From positions 896,001 through 960,000 of the forward strand of contig OZ224045.1 in NCBI GenBank assembly GCA_963665325.3: a DNA stretch of 64,000 nt, in the 5' to 3' direction. The translations under genes and the position numbers were made by a program. Position 1 is the first letter of the stretch; every line of letters begins with the position of its first letter. Below, piece by piece: positions 35,773 through 47,079 of the stretch. This DNA is from Alphaproteobacteria bacterium. Lineage in GTDB: Bacteria > Pseudomonadota > Alphaproteobacteria > Bin95. Below the pieces are notes generated by a model, which searched no databases, was not told the DNA's origin, and was given only the letters and a program-made list of their open reading frames with translations.

Positions 35773-37656
35773 TTGAGCGCGCTGTTGGAAATCGACAATC
35801 TTGCGGTGGACTTCAACACGCCGGGAGGCGCGATCAGGGCCGTGGACGGGGTGTCCTTCTCGATCCCGCACGGTCGGACGGTCGCCCTGGTCGGGGAATC
35901 GGGCTCCGGCAAGTCAGTGACCGCGCAGGCCATCTTGGGCATCCTGCCGCGCGCCGCCGCCATTCGCTCGGGAGCTATCCGGCTGCGGCAGGAAGGGCGG
36001 CCCGAAGTGGACATCGCCGCTCTCGACCCGGACAGCCGACGGATGCGCCGCCTGCGCGGCGGCGCCGTCTCGATCATCTTCCAGGAGCCGATGACTTCGC
36101 TCTCGCCCTTGCACACCGTGGGCGACCAGGTCTCGGAAGCGCTGCGCCTGCACAGCGGCGCGGGGTCGGACCGCTTGCGCGCCGAAACCGCCGAAATGCT
36201 GCGCCTGGTCGGCTTCCCGGACCCAGAGCGCGCGCTCGACACCTATCCCTTCGAACTGTCGGGCGGCTTGCGCCAGCGGGCGATGATCGCCATGGCGCTG
36301 ATCTGCCGGCCGGCACTGCTGATCGCCGACGAGCCGACCACGGCCCTCGATGTGACCGTGCAGGCGCAGATCCTGAAGCTGGTCAAGGACCTCCAGCAAG
36401 AGCTCGGCATGGCGGTGCTGATGATTACCCACGACCTCGGCGTCGTCGCAAACATGGCCGACGATCTGGTGGTGATGTATCACGGTCGCATCGTCGAGGC
36501 GGGCAGCGCCGAGGATGTGTTCCGGCGTGCACAGCATCCGTACCTGAAGGCACTGCTTCGCGCCGTGCCGCGCTTCCATATGGCCGAAGGCGAGCGCCTG
36601 ACGCCGATTCGCGAGGTGCGGCCGGAAACCGGGCGGCTGCTCTCGGGGGATAACCGGGCGGCGCCTGACGTGCCTGCCGACCGTCCCTTGCTGGACGTCC
36701 GCGGCCTTACCAAGCGCTATGGCAGCCGCAAGGCCGGGATTCTCGGTGGCGGCGCCGACGAAGGCGTGCTCGCGGTGGACGATGTAAGCTTCAGCATCGA
36801 ACGCGGCGAATGCCTGGGCCTGGTCGGGGAGAGCGGTTGCGGCAAGAGCACGACGGCCAAGATCGTCATGCGCGCGCTGACGCCGGACCGGGGCGAGGTG
36901 CTGTTCGACGACAATGGCACATCGGTGGACCTGTTGCGGCTTCCGCAGAAGAGCCTGCTGCCTTACCGCCGGCGCATCCAGTACATGTTCCAGGACCCGT
37001 TCAGCGCGCTCAACCCGCGCATGACCGCATTCGACATCGTGTCGGAGCCGCTGGTGGTGCATCGGATGGCAGGGCCTGACGAACGGCGCGAGATCGTGCG
37101 CGAACTGATGCATCTGGTCGGCCTCGACGAGCGCCACCTCAGCCGCTATCCGCACAGTTTCTCGGGCGGCCAGCGCCAGCGGCTGGGCATTGCGCGTGCG
37201 CTGGCGCTCAAGCCGGAACTGCTGCTTTGCGACGAGCCCGTCTCGGCGCTCGATGTTTCGGTCCAGGCGCAGGTGCTGAACCTGCTGAAGGACCTGCAGA
37301 AGGCGCTCGGCCTCACCTACCTGTTCGTGTCGCATAACCTGGCGGTGGTCGATTACATGGCCGACCGCATCGCCGTGATGTGCGCTGGAAGGCTCGTGGA
37401 AGTGGCGCCGCGCGAGACCCTGTTCCGCGATCCGCGCCATCCCTACACAAAGGCTCTGCTCACAGCGGTGCCGGAACCCGATCTCGACTATCCGCTGGAC
37501 TTTCGCGCGCTCGCCGACGAGCGGGCCTCGGAGCCGGAGCTCTGGCCAGGCCCCTTCCGGCTGGGCGATGGCGCGAAAGGGCAACTCGCGGAAGTCGAGG
37601 AAGGGCATTTCGTCCGCGTGCGGGACGGCGCGGGTCCCGGCGAGATCGCGGCGTGA
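35773..37656 (+). CDS. Peptide/nickel-type ABC transporter, fused double ATP-binding subunit
   Basis: Two Walker A ([16 protein letters not shown]), LSGG/FSGGQ signatures, DEPT/DEPV. Confidence 0.93.
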   Translation: MSALLEIDNLAVDFNTPGGAIRAVDGVSFSIPHGRTVALVGESGSGKSVTAQAILGILPRAAAIRSGAIRLRQEGRPEVDIAALDPDSRRMRRLRGGAVSIIFQEPMTSLSPLHTVGDQVSEALRLHSGAGSDRLRAETAEMLRLVGFPDPERALDTYPFELSGGLRQRAMIAMALICRPALLIADEPTTALDVTVQAQILKLVKDLQQELGMAVLMITHDLGVVANMADDLVVMYHGRIVEAGSAEDVFRRAQHPYLKALLRAVPRFHMAEGERLTPIREVRPETGRLLSGDNRAAPDVPADRPLLDVRGLTKRYGSRKAGILGGGADEGVLAVDDVSFSIERGECLGLVGESGCGKSTTAKIVMRALTPDRGEVLFDDNGTSVDLLRLPQKSLLPYRRRIQYMFQDPFSALNPRMTAFDIVSEPLVVHRMAGPDERREIVRELMHLVGLDERHLSRYPHSFSGGQRQRLGIARALALKPELLLCDEPVSALDVSVQAQVLNLLKDLQKALGLTYLFVSHNLAVVDYMADRIAVMCAGRLVEVAPRETLFRDPRHPYTKALLTAVPEPDLDYPLDFRALADERASEPELWPGPFRLGDGAKGQLAEVEEGHFVRVRDGAGPGEIAA

Positions 37657-39527
37657 GACTGCCGGCGATCCTGCTTGCGTTGTTTGCCCTCGTTCCGGGG
37701 GCATCGCTCGCGGCGACGGTCGAAACGCCCTCGTTGCTGGAACGGGTCCGCGCCGGGGCGCTGCCGCCGGTCGAACGGCGCCTGCCGGCCGTCCCCTATG
37801 TCGATCCGGAGGCCGGCCCCGGCCGGCATGGCGGCGACTTGCGCCTGCTGATGGCCAAGTCCAAGGACACGCGCCAGATGGTCGTGTACGGCTATGCGCG
37901 CCTCATGTGCTACACGCCGGACCTCGTGCTGGAGCCGGACATTCTGGAGCGTGTTGAAGCCGAGGAAGGCCGCGTCTTCACCCTGCATCTCCGGCCCGGT
38001 CACAAATGGTCCGACGGGCATCCCTTCACCGCCGAGGACTTCCGCTACTGGTGGGAGGATGTCGCCAACAATGCCGAGCTCTCGCCGACCGGACCGCCGG
38101 CAGCGATGCTCGTGGACGGCAAGCCGCCGGTCTTCGAGGTGCTGGACGAAAGGACACTCCGTTATAGCTGGGAGGCGCCGAATGCCGGCTTCCTGCCTGC
38201 GTTGGCAGGCGCGCGGCCGCTCTATATCTACCGCCCGGCGCACTATCTCAGGCATTTCCATGCCGCGCATGCTGCGCCCGAGGCCCTGGCTGAAGCCGTG
38301 GAGAAGGCGCGCCGGCGTTCCTGGGCAGCGCTGCACAACAAGCTGGACAGCCAATACAAGAACGACAATCCGGACCTGCCGACCCTGCAGCCATGGGCAC
38401 CGACCGTCCGGCCGCCCTCGGACCGCTTCGTCTTCACCCGTAATCCCTACTACCACCGGGTGGACGTCGGGGGCCGCCAGCTTCCCTATATCGACCGCGT
38501 GGTGATGAACATCGCCGCGAGCGGGCTCATCCCGGCAAAGACAGCCTCCGGCGCGAGCGATCTCCAGGCCCGCTACCTGCGGTTCGATAATGTGACGTTC
38601 CTGAAACGCGGCGAGGAACCGGGCGATTACAAGGTCCGCCTCTGGCGCACCGGCAAGGGCGCGCATGTGGCGCTCTACCCCAACCTCAATGCGAGCGACC
38701 CCGTCTGGAGGGCACTGTTCCGGGACCGCCGAGTGCGCCGGGCGCTGTCACTCGGCCTCTACCGCGAAGAGGTCAACGAGGTCATCTATTTCGGCCTCGC
38801 GCTCACCGGAAACAACAGCCTTCTGCCGGGAAGCCCGCTTTACGACGAAGCACTGAGGCAGCGTTGGGCGGCCTTCGACCCCGACGCAGCCAACGTCCTG
38901 CTCGACGAGGTGGGGCTTGCATGGGGCGAAGACGGGCTCCGCCTGCTACCCGACGGCCGCCCCGCGGAACTCATCGTCGAGACCGCCGGCGAGAGCACAG
39001 AAGAGACAGACATCCTGCATCTGGTCCACGACAGCTGGCTAAAGCTCGGAATCAAACTCCACGCCAAGCCGCTGCAACGGGAATTGCTGCGCAACCGCAT
39101 CTTCTCCGGGCAGGCATTGATGTCTGTCTGGTCCGGCTGGGAAAACGGCCTTGCCTCGGCGGCGATGTCCCCCGCAGAACTCGCCCCCACCAGCCAGCAA
39201 CAATTGCAATGGCCGAAATGGGGCCAGTATCACGAGACCCGGGGCGCTGCCGGCGAGCCGGCTGACATGGACGCGCCGCAGCGGCTCTACGCGCTGAACG
39301 ACGCCTGGCGCCATGCGGGCGGCCCGGAGGAACGCCGGCGTATCTGGCGCGAGATGCTGGAAATCCATGCCGAGGAGGTGTTCGTGCTCGGCATTGTCGG
39401 CGGCATCCGCCAGCCCGTGGTCGTGTCCGAGCGCCTCCGGGGTGTGCCGGAGGAGGGGTATTACAATTGGGAGCCGGGGGCGCATTTCGGCATATTCCGC
39501 CCCGACCGGTTCTGGCTGGCTGAATAG
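37653..39527 (+). CDS. ABC transporter substrate-binding protein (family 5)
   Basis: Signal peptide; LPPVERRLP; KWSDGHPFTAEDF; QLPYIDRV. Confidence 0.9.
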   Translation: MRLPAILLALFALVPGASLAATVETPSLLERVRAGALPPVERRLPAVPYVDPEAGPGRHGGDLRLLMAKSKDTRQMVVYGYARLMCYTPDLVLEPDILERVEAEEGRVFTLHLRPGHKWSDGHPFTAEDFRYWWEDVANNAELSPTGPPAAMLVDGKPPVFEVLDERTLRYSWEAPNAGFLPALAGARPLYIYRPAHYLRHFHAAHAAPEALAEAVEKARRRSWAALHNKLDSQYKNDNPDLPTLQPWAPTVRPPSDRFVFTRNPYYHRVDVGGRQLPYIDRVVMNIAASGLIPAKTASGASDLQARYLRFDNVTFLKRGEEPGDYKVRLWRTGKGAHVALYPNLNASDPVWRALFRDRRVRRALSLGLYREEVNEVIYFGLALTGNNSLLPGSPLYDEALRQRWAAFDPDAANVLLDEVGLAWGEDGLRLLPDGRPAELIVETAGESTEETDILHLVHDSWLKLGIKLHAKPLQRELLRNRIFSGQALMSVWSGWENGLASAAMSPAELAPTSQQQLQWPKWGQYHETRGAAGEPADMDAPQRLYALNDAWRHAGGPEERRRIWREMLEIHAEEVFVLGIVGGIRQPVVVSERLRGVPEEGYYNWEPGAHFGIFRPDRFWLAE

Positions 39528-39547
39528 CGGCGGGAAGGAGGCGAGCG

Positions 39548-40546
39548 ATGCTCACCTATATCGTCCGGCGCCTGTTCATCGCGGTCCCGACGCTCGCGGT
39601 CGTGAGCGCCATCATCTTCGTCATCATCCAGCTTCCGCCGGGCGACTACCTCACCACCTATATCGCCGAGCTACAGTCCCAGGGCGAAGCTGCGGACAGC
39701 GGCAAGATCGAGTTCCTCCGCCGGCAATACGGCCTCGACCAGCCGCTCTGGAAGCAATATGTCTTCTGGGTGGTCGGCATGCTCCAGGGCGATTTCGGCT
39801 ATTCCTTCGAATACGATCTGCCGGTGTCCGACGTCGTCGGCGACCGGATCTGGCTTTCGCTGCTGCTCAATTTCTCGACCGTCATCTTCATCTGGATCGT
39901 GGCCTTTCCGATCGGCTTCTACTCCGCCACGCATCAATATTCCTGGGGCGACCACGGGCTTACCTTCCTGGGTTTCCTCGGCCTCGCCACGCCTAATTTC
40001 CTGCTGGCCCTGGTGCTGATGTATTTCCTGCGGATCGAGTTCGGCGTTTCCATCGGTGGGCTCATGGATCCGCAATATGTCGAACAGTCCATGTCCTGGT
40101 CGAAGGTGGTCTCGATAGCCGAACACCTGATCGTGCCGGTCGTGGTGATCGGCACTGCCGGCACTGCCGGCATGATCCGCCGGCTGCGCGCCAACCTGCT
40201 CGATGAGTTGCAGAAACAATATGTCGTAACAGGCCGCGCCAAGGGTCTGCCCAATCTGCGCCTGCTGCTGAAATATCCCGTGCGGATGTCGCTCAATCCG
40301 TTCGTTGCGGATATCGGCAACATGCTGCCGCAGATCGTGTCCGGCTCCGCCGTAGTCTCCATGGTGATGAGCCTGCCGACCACGGGGCCGATGCTGATCG
40401 AGGCGCTGCGCAGCCAGGACATGTATCTCGCCGGCTCCTTCCTGATGTTCCTGTCCGTCCTCACCATCGTCGGGATGCTGCTGTCCGATCTGGCGCTTGC
40501 CCTGCTCGACCCGCGCATCCGGCTCGGGGGCCGCGCCCAGCGATGA
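39548..40546 (+). CDS. ABC transporter permease (OppB-like)
   Basis: QLPPGD, YGLDQP, GDFGYS, YVVTGRAKGL. Confidence 0.92.
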   Translation: MLTYIVRRLFIAVPTLAVVSAIIFVIIQLPPGDYLTTYIAELQSQGEAADSGKIEFLRRQYGLDQPLWKQYVFWVVGMLQGDFGYSFEYDLPVSDVVGDRIWLSLLLNFSTVIFIWIVAFPIGFYSATHQYSWGDHGLTFLGFLGLATPNFLLALVLMYFLRIEFGVSIGGLMDPQYVEQSMSWSKVVSIAEHLIVPVVVIGTAGTAGMIRRLRANLLDELQKQYVVTGRAKGLPNLRLLLKYPVRMSLNPFVADIGNMLPQIVSGSAVVSMVMSLPTTGPMLIEALRSQDMYLAGSFLMFLSVLTIVGMLLSDLALALLDPRIRLGGRAQR

Positions 40547-41703
40547 ACGACCGGCCCGAACATTTCGTCGATACCGCCCCCTGGGACCCGCATACCGTCG
40601 AAGCGCTGACGCCGGAACAGGAGCGCTACTACCTCGCGACGCAGTGGCAGTTGATGTGGTGGAAGCTGAAGCGCCACAAGCTCGCCGTCGCCTCCGGCAT
40701 CGTGCTTCTCCTGCTCTACGCCTCGGTCCTGATCTCCGAATTCCTGGCGCCCTACAACCTGCACAGCCGCAATATCCACCATATCCACGCGCCGCCGCAG
40801 ACGATCCACCTCTTCCATGAGGGCGGGTTCATCGGGCCGTTCGTCTATGGTTATTCCCGTTCGCTCGATCTCGCTCAATTGAAGCGGGTCTATGTCGAGG
40901 ATCCGGAAAAGGTCTATCCGCTGCGTTTCTTCTGCACCGGCGACGATTATCGCTTCTGGGGCCTGTTCGAGGCGGACCTGCACCTCGTTTGTGCGGCGGA
41001 TCGGGACGGAGCAACGCTCTTCCTGCTTGGCACGGACCGGCTCGGGCGCGATGTGCTCTCGCGGATTATCTACGGCGCGCGCATCTCGCTGACCGTGGGG
41101 CTGATCGGCATCCTGATCTCCTTCACGCTCGGCATCGTCATCGGCGGCCTTGCCGGATATTACGGCGGCTGGGTGGACAGCCTCTCGCAGCGGACCATCG
41201 AGATCGTGCGCTCCTTCCCGGAGCTGCCGCTCTGGATGGCGCTTTCGGCCGCCTTGCCGGTCACCTGGTCGCCGGTGCTGGTCTTCTTCGGCATTACGAT
41301 CATCCTGGGCCTGCTCGACTGGACGGGGCTTGCGCGCGCCGTGCGCTCCAAGCTGCTGGCGCTTCGGGAGGAAGATTTCTGCACAGCGGCGCAACTCATG
41401 GGCGCGAGCCCGGGGCGCATTATCGGGCGCCACCTGCTGCCGGGATTCGCGAGCCACCTGATCGCCTCGGCCACGCTCTCGATCCCGAGCATGATCCTCG
41501 GCGAGACGGCGCTCAGCTATCTGGGGCTCGGCCTCCGGCCGCCGGTCACGAGCTGGGGCGTGCTGCTGACGGAAGCGCAGAACATGAATGTCGTGGTGCT
41601 CTATCCCTGGCTGATGCTGCCGGTCGTGCCCGTCGTGGTGACGGTGCTGGCCTTCAATTTCCTGGGCGACGGGTTGCGCGACGCCGCCGATCCTTACAAG
41701 TAG
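40543..41703 (+). CDS. ABC transporter permease (OppC-like)
   Basis: LGTDRLGRDVLSRIIYGARISL, ETALSYLGLG, GDGLRDAADP. Confidence 0.92.
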   Translation: MNDRPEHFVDTAPWDPHTVEALTPEQERYYLATQWQLMWWKLKRHKLAVASGIVLLLLYASVLISEFLAPYNLHSRNIHHIHAPPQTIHLFHEGGFIGPFVYGYSRSLDLAQLKRVYVEDPEKVYPLRFFCTGDDYRFWGLFEADLHLVCAADRDGATLFLLGTDRLGRDVLSRIIYGARISLTVGLIGILISFTLGIVIGGLAGYYGGWVDSLSQRTIEIVRSFPELPLWMALSAALPVTWSPVLVFFGITIILGLLDWTGLARAVRSKLLALREEDFCTAAQLMGASPGRIIGRHLLPGFASHLIASATLSIPSMILGETALSYLGLGLRPPVTSWGVLLTEAQNMNVVVLYPWLMLPVVPVVVTVLAFNFLGDGLRDAADPYK

Positions 41704-41742
41704 AGGCGACGACAAGACGGGGCGGAACGACGGGAGGGACCC

Positions 41743-42540
41743 TTGGCGGAGATGGATGGAAAGGTCGTGCTGGTCGCGGGCGCCGGCGCGATGGACCCGG
41801 ACGGCATCGGCAACGGTCGTGCGGCGGCGATCCTGATGGCGGAGGCCGGCGCGCGCATCATGTGCGTGGACCGGGACTTGGCGCTCGCCGAGCGCACGGT
41901 CGAGATGATCGCCGAGCGAGGCGGCGAGGCGGTCGCCTGTGCTGCCGACATCACCGTGAACGAGGATTGCGCCGCCATGGTGGCCGCTACGCTGGAGCGG
42001 TTCGGGCGGCTTGACGGGCTTGACAACAATGTCGGTATTTCCTCGCGCGGCTCCGTGGTCGAGGAGACCGAGGAGGCTTGGGAGCGCGTCATGGAGGTGA
42101 ATGTGAAGGGCATGTTCCTCGCCGCCAAACACGCCATTCCGGCGATGGTTTCGACGGCGGGCGGCGGAGCGGTGGTCAATGTGTCCTCGATCTCGGCGCT
42201 CCGCCCGCGCGGCCTCACCGTCTATTCCGCGTCGAAGGGCGCCGTCATCGCGCTCACCCGCGCCATGGCGGTGGATCATGGCGGCCAGGGGGTGCGGGTC
42301 AACTGCGTGGCGCCCGGGCCGGTCTATACGCCGATGGTCTATGGGCGCGGGCCGGGGATGAGCGAGACCGCGCGGCGGGCGCGCGCCGACGCGTCGCTGC
42401 TGAAGACCGAGGGCACCGGATGGGACATCGGCGAGGCAGTGCGCTTCCTGCTCTCCGACCGCTCCAGCTGGATCACCGGGCACACGCTCGTAGTGGACGG
42501 CGGCGCCTCCGTGCGCGGCCCGGAAAGGGATACCGTCTGA
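41743..42540 (+). CDS. SDR-family oxidoreductase
   Basis: GIGNGRA, NNVG, NVSS, YSASK, VNCVAPG. Confidence 0.9.
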   Translation: MAEMDGKVVLVAGAGAMDPDGIGNGRAAAILMAEAGARIMCVDRDLALAERTVEMIAERGGEAVACAADITVNEDCAAMVAATLERFGRLDGLDNNVGISSRGSVVEETEEAWERVMEVNVKGMFLAAKHAIPAMVSTAGGGAVVNVSSISALRPRGLTVYSASKGAVIALTRAMAVDHGGQGVRVNCVAPGPVYTPMVYGRGPGMSETARRARADASLLKTEGTGWDIGEAVRFLLSDRSSWITGHTLVVDGGASVRGPERDTV

Positions 42541-43085
42541 TGGCCCGCATTCCCCTGCTCGAAGAAACCGACCTCGCGCCGGAAGACCGCGACCTGCTCG
42601 CGCGGCCGATCAACCTCCACAAGGCGCTCGCCCACAGCCCAGAGGGGGCGCGGGCGTTCGGGGGACTTGGAAGCTGGATCCGCTGGCAGTGCAAGCTCGA
42701 CCCGCGCCTGCGAGAACTCGCCATCCTGCAGGTCGGCTGCCTTGCTAAGTCCGCATATGAGTACAGCCACCACATCAAGATCGGCAAGGATTTCGGCCTC
42801 AGCGACGACGACATCTGCGCCGTCCAGGCCGAGACCCGGGGCGAGCCCGGTGGCCTCGGGCCCGTCGAGACGGCGGTGCTGAAAGGCGCGCGGGAAATGA
42901 CCCGCGGCCCCGCCATGTCCGGGGAGACCTTCGCCTTCCTGGAGCACGAGCTCGGCACGGCCCGCACCGTCGATCTGGTCCTTGTGGTCGCGTTCTATTG
43001 CGGCGTGGTGCGGCTGCTGGAGACGCTGGAAGTGGATGTCGAGCCCGACTACCAGCCCTGGCTGGACACTTTCCCGCTCGACTGA
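42540..43085 (+). CDS. Carboxymuconolactone decarboxylase family protein
   Basis: LAHSP, LDPRLRELAIL, AYEYSHH. Confidence 0.82.
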   Translation: MARIPLLEETDLAPEDRDLLARPINLHKALAHSPEGARAFGGLGSWIRWQCKLDPRLRELAILQVGCLAKSAYEYSHHIKIGKDFGLSDDDICAVQAETRGEPGGLGPVETAVLKGAREMTRGPAMSGETFAFLEHELGTARTVDLVLVVAFYCGVVRLLETLEVDVEPDYQPWLDTFPLD

Positions 43086-43102
43086 GCGATCGTTGATCGC
43101 CG

Positions 43103-44539
43103 TCAGGCAACCACCTTGCCGGGGTTCATGAGGCTCTCCGGGTCGAGGGCGCGCTTGACTGCCTGCATCATCTCGATCTCGGGGGCGGGCTTGTAGTGGG
43201 TGATCTCCTCCACCTTGAGCCGCCCGACGCCGTGCTCCGCCGAAACCGAGCCGTCGAGCGCATGGACGATGTCGTGGACGGCGGCGTTCAGCTCCTCCCA
43301 GCGCGCGAGATAGGCCTGCCTGTCGGCGCCGACGGGCTGCGAGACGTTGTAATGGATATTGCCGTCGCCGACATGGCCGAAGGGGCAGGGACGTGCGCCG
43401 GGAATGGTGCGTTCGACCGTCTTGTCCGCCGCCTCAATGAAATCTGCGACCCGGCTTACCGGGACCGAGACATCGTGCTTTATCGAGCCGCCTTCCGGAA
43501 TCTGCGCCTCAACCACAGCCTCGCGGATACGCCAAAGGGCGTTAGCCTGAGCACTGCTGTCAGCGAGGGTAGCATCCAGCACCAGACCATCCTCGAAGGC
43601 CCGGCCGAGCGCATCCTCGACGATCTCGCGCAAGCCCGAGCCCTCGCGGCCGGCATCGGCGCGCAAGAGCGCATAGTGGGTGTAGGCGCGGTCGAACGGG
43701 TCGCGCACGCCCGGCACATGCTTCAAGGCCAGGTCGATGCCGAAGCGCCCGATATATTCGAAGGCGGAAACCTGGTCGCCGGAGGCGGTGCGCAGGCGCG
43801 AGAGCAGTTCGATCACATGCGGGATAGACGGCAGCGCGGCGAAGGCTGTTACCTCCTCGCGGGGCCGGGGGAAGAGCTTGACGCAGGCCGCGGTCACGAT
43901 GCCGAGCGTGCCTTCGCCGCCGATGAAGAGTTGCTTCAGGTCGTAACCGGTATTGTCCTTACGCAGGCGCCTGAGGCCGTTCCAGACGCGCCCGTCCGGC
44001 AGCACGGCTTCCAGCCCCAGCACGAGTTCGCGCATGTTGCCGTAGCGCAGCGTGTTGATGCCGCCGGCATTGGTCGAGATATTGCCGCCGACGGTGCAGC
44101 TCCCCTCCGCGCCAAGGCTGAGCGGGAACAGGCGGTCGGCGTCGGCCGCCGCCGCTTGGACATTCTGGAGGATGCAGCCGGCCTCGACCGTCATGGTGTA
44201 GTTGAGCGCGTCGAGTTCGCGGATGCGGTTCATGCGGCCGAGGCTCACGAGGAGCTGGCTGCCGTCCTCGGCGGGTATGGCGCCGCCGCAAAGCCCCGTA
44301 TTGCCGCCCTGCGGCACGATGGCCACGCCGGCCTCGCGGCAAAGCCCGACGACGGCTGCCACCTGCTCGGTGGTCTCCGGCCGGGCGACGAATGGCGTGC
44401 TGCCGTGATAGAGGCCGCGCGGCTCGACCAGCAGGGGCGCCAGCTCGTCCGGGTCGGCAGAAAGTCCGCGCTCGCCCAGAAGCTCCCTGAGCGGCTCCGC
44501 CAGCGCCTCGGCCAGTGCCGTCCCCCGATTTCCCCTCAC
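43103..44539 (-). CDS. FAD-linked oxidase (D-2-hydroxyglutarate/D-lactate dehydrogenase-like)
   Basis: PQGGNTGL, STNAGG, RKDNTGYDL, FGHVGDGNIH, SAEHGVG, NPGK. Confidence 0.9.
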   Translation of the reverse strand: MRGNRGTALAEALAEPLRELLGERGLSADPDELAPLLVEPRGLYHGSTPFVARPETTEQVAAVVGLCREAGVAIVPQGGNTGLCGGAIPAEDGSQLLVSLGRMNRIRELDALNYTMTVEAGCILQNVQAAAADADRLFPLSLGAEGSCTVGGNISTNAGGINTLRYGNMRELVLGLEAVLPDGRVWNGLRRLRKDNTGYDLKQLFIGGEGTLGIVTAACVKLFPRPREEVTAFAALPSIPHVIELLSRLRTASGDQVSAFEYIGRFGIDLALKHVPGVRDPFDRAYTHYALLRADAGREGSGLREIVEDALGRAFEDGLVLDATLADSSAQANALWRIREAVVEAQIPEGGSIKHDVSVPVSRVADFIEAADKTVERTIPGARPCPFGHVGDGNIHYNVSQPVGADRQAYLARWEELNAAVHDIVHALDGSVSAEHGVGRLKVEEITHYKPAPEIEMMQAVKRALDPESLMNPGKVVA

Positions 44540-45594
44540 CCCGAAGCCTCCGCCAACTCCCAGGCGCGTTCGGCCATGAGCAGGCCGAGGCGCCCAACCT
44601 CCTCGGCATTGTCGGAGGCCGCATTGCCGGCGAGGCCGCGGGCGCGCACGCCGTCCAGGATCGAGGCGAAACGGAACATGGCGTGGACGTTGTGGACTGG
44701 CGTCAGCCCGTCGGGGCGGTCGGCTGCGAGGCGGTAAGTCTCCACGAATTCGTCCTGCTCGGGGATGCCGAGCGCGCGCCGGTCGAGGTCCCGCACGCCC
44801 CAATATTCGCCCGAGGTGGTGTTGAACAGGATGCAGAGATAGGCGACGTCGGAGAGCGGGTGTCCGAGCGTCGCAAGCTCCCAGTCGAACACGGCGACGA
44901 CCCGCGGCTCCGAGGCATGGAACATGATGTTGCCGACCCGGAAATCCCCGTGCGCCACTCGTGTCTCGTCGCCGTCCGGCATGCGCGGCGGCAGCCAGTC
45001 CATGAGCCGGTACATCTCCGGAATCTCGCGTGTGCGCGTCTCGCGGTAATTGCGCGCCCAGCGGTTGAACTGGCGCTCGAAATAATTGCCGGGACGCCCG
45101 AAATCGCCGAGGCCGACCGCTTCCGGATCGACGGTGTGCAGCGCTGCCAGCACCTCGGCGAGTGCGCGATACATCTGCCTACGTTCCTCCGGATCGACGC
45201 CCGGCATGGCGCTGTCGGTATAGACGCGGCCCTCCATCCGCTCCATGACATAGAAGGGCGTGCCGATGACGCTCTCGTCGTCGCAGTAGAGATATTGCTT
45301 CGCCACCGGCACGGGCGTGTCGGCCAGCGCCTTCTGCACCCGGTATTCCCGGTCCACCGCATGGGCCGAAGGGAGCAGTTCGCCGGGCGGCTTCTTGCGC
45401 AGCACATACTCGGCGTTGGGCCATGCGAGCACGAAAGTCGGGTTCGACTGGCCGTAGCCGAACTGGCGCACCTGCAGCCGACCCTCCGTGTCCGGCAGAC
45501 GGTCTTTCAGCCAGGCGTCCAGCGCCGCCTCGTCGAAGCGGTGCGCCTCGCGCACATCGGCAAGCCGCGTGCCTTCCCCCGGATCGATCACCAT
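44536..45594 (-). CDS. Phosphotransferase family protein (APH/ACAD10-like kinase)
   Basis: GQSNPT, SAHAVDREY, HGDFRVGN, DWELATLG. Confidence 0.88.
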   Translation of the reverse strand: MVIDPGEGTRLADVREAHRFDEAALDAWLKDRLPDTEGRLQVRQFGYGQSNPTFVLAWPNAEYVLRKKPPGELLPSAHAVDREYRVQKALADTPVPVAKQYLYCDDESVIGTPFYVMERMEGRVYTDSAMPGVDPEERRQMYRALAEVLAALHTVDPEAVGLGDFGRPGNYFERQFNRWARNYRETRTREIPEMYRLMDWLPPRMPDGDETRVAHGDFRVGNIMFHASEPRVVAVFDWELATLGHPLSDVAYLCILFNTTSGEYWGVRDLDRRALGIPEQDEFVETYRLAADRPDGLTPVHNVHAMFRFASILDGVRARGLAGNAASDNAEEVGRLGLLMAERAWELAEASG

Positions 45595-45725
45595 GGCCGC
45601 CCGCTCCGTCCTTCCCCTGCGGGGCACGATAAGGGCCGCCGTCCCCGCCCGCAACGCCCGCCAGGACGGTCGCGCGGGCCGCGCAGATGGGGCATGATGG
45701 TAGCCCGGGCAGGGAGATTGGACCG

Positions 45726-46664
45726 ATGAAGATAGCAGTGGCGCGCGACTATTACGAACGGGTGCATGAGGCGGCGGAGGCCATTTGCCCCGATATCGAA
45801 TGGGCGCTCTCGGATGCGAGCGGCGCATGGACGGTGCCGCCCGAAGGCTCGGATATCATTGTCTATGCGGGCACCGCCTATACGGACAGCTTCGTGGACG
45901 ACATGCTCTCGATCACGCCGCCGAAATGGGCGCATACGGAAGACGCGGGCATAGACGGGCGCTTCTATGACGGCATGCGCGCAAATGGCGTTCCCGTAAC
46001 CCACAGCCCCGGCGCCAATGCGCCGGAAGTGGCCGAGCTCGCCTTCGCCGGCCTCATGTGGGGCGCCAAGCGCCTTCGCGAACTCCGCGACCAGCAGCTG
46101 GCGCACAAATGGGGCAAGCTCATGCTGCCGGGCCTCAGCGCCACGACCGTGCTCATCGTCGGCCTCGGCAACATCGGCGGTCTCGTCGCACAGTATGCCA
46201 AGGCGTTCGGCATGACGGTCCACGGCATCAGGCGGTCGCCCGAGCCGGTGCCGAACGTGGACCGGCAGGGGACAATGGCCGACCTCGCGACGTTCCTGCC
46301 GGAGGCGGATTTCGTCGTGCTCGCGCTCCCGATTGCGGACGACACGGCCGGCATGATCGACCGCGCGGCGCTTGCCGCCATGAAGGATACGGCCGTGCTG
46401 GTCAATGTCGGGCGCGGCGCGCTCGTGGATATCGACGCGCTGCGCGATGCGCTCGGCTCGGGTGCCATCGCATCGGCCTTCCTGGACGTGCTGCCGGTCG
46501 AGCCCTGGCCCGCCGACAGCGACCTCTGGGATGTGCCGAACCTGTTCATCACGCCGCATAACGGCTCGCTCAGCCCGCTCTACGCCGTTCGCGTCGCGGA
46601 AATCTGGCTGGAGAACCTGAAGCGCTTCACCGCGGGCGAGCCGCTGCTCCACCGGGCGTTCTGA
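45726..46664 (+). CDS. D-2-hydroxyacid dehydrogenase
   Basis: GLGNIG, NVGRG, LDV, ITPHN. Confidence 0.9.
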   Translation: MKIAVARDYYERVHEAAEAICPDIEWALSDASGAWTVPPEGSDIIVYAGTAYTDSFVDDMLSITPPKWAHTEDAGIDGRFYDGMRANGVPVTHSPGANAPEVAELAFAGLMWGAKRLRELRDQQLAHKWGKLMLPGLSATTVLIVGLGNIGGLVAQYAKAFGMTVHGIRRSPEPVPNVDRQGTMADLATFLPEADFVVLALPIADDTAGMIDRAALAAMKDTAVLVNVGRGALVDIDALRDALGSGAIASAFLDVLPVEPWPADSDLWDVPNLFITPHNGSLSPLYAVRVAEIWLENLKRFTAGEPLLHRAF

Positions 46665-46674
46665 GGGCCCGCGC

Positions 46675-47079
46675 CTACCAGAAGGGCGTTTCGCTGACCG
46701 TGGAGACATGCGCGGCCACGACCTTCCAGCCGAGGTCCGGAAAGCGCGCCCAGGTCTGGCTCTGCCGACCGATCAGGTCCCGGCCGCGGACCTTGAATTC
46801 CAGGTTGACCACGGCCCAGTCGCGCCCGAGGGTCAGGATTTCCAGCCGCCGGCGCTCCTCCTTGATGCCCGGTCCCGGCGGGCGGGCGACGCGGTGCGCG
46901 TGGATCTCGGCAAAGCCGTAGCCGTTCTCGTGGAGCGCGTAGCGGATCGTGTGCGGGCTCTCCCAGAAGGTCGCGTCGAGGGTCTCGACATCCTTCGTCT
47001 CCAGCGCCGCCTCATAGGCTTCGAAGCGGTCGCGGACCTCCGCCACCACTTCCGGGATATTGGGCGTCATGTCGGTCAT
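46675..47079 (-). CDS. AtzH/HpxZ-like (DUF3225) protein
   Basis: YEAAL...LDATFWESPHTIRY, GRQSQTW, WKVVAAHVS. Confidence 0.85.
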   Translation of the reverse strand: MTDMTPNIPEVVAEVRDRFEAYEAALETKDVETLDATFWESPHTIRYALHENGYGFAEIHAHRVARPPGPGIKEERRRLEILTLGRDWAVVNLEFKVRGRDLIGRQSQTWARFPDLGWKVVAAHVSTVSETPFW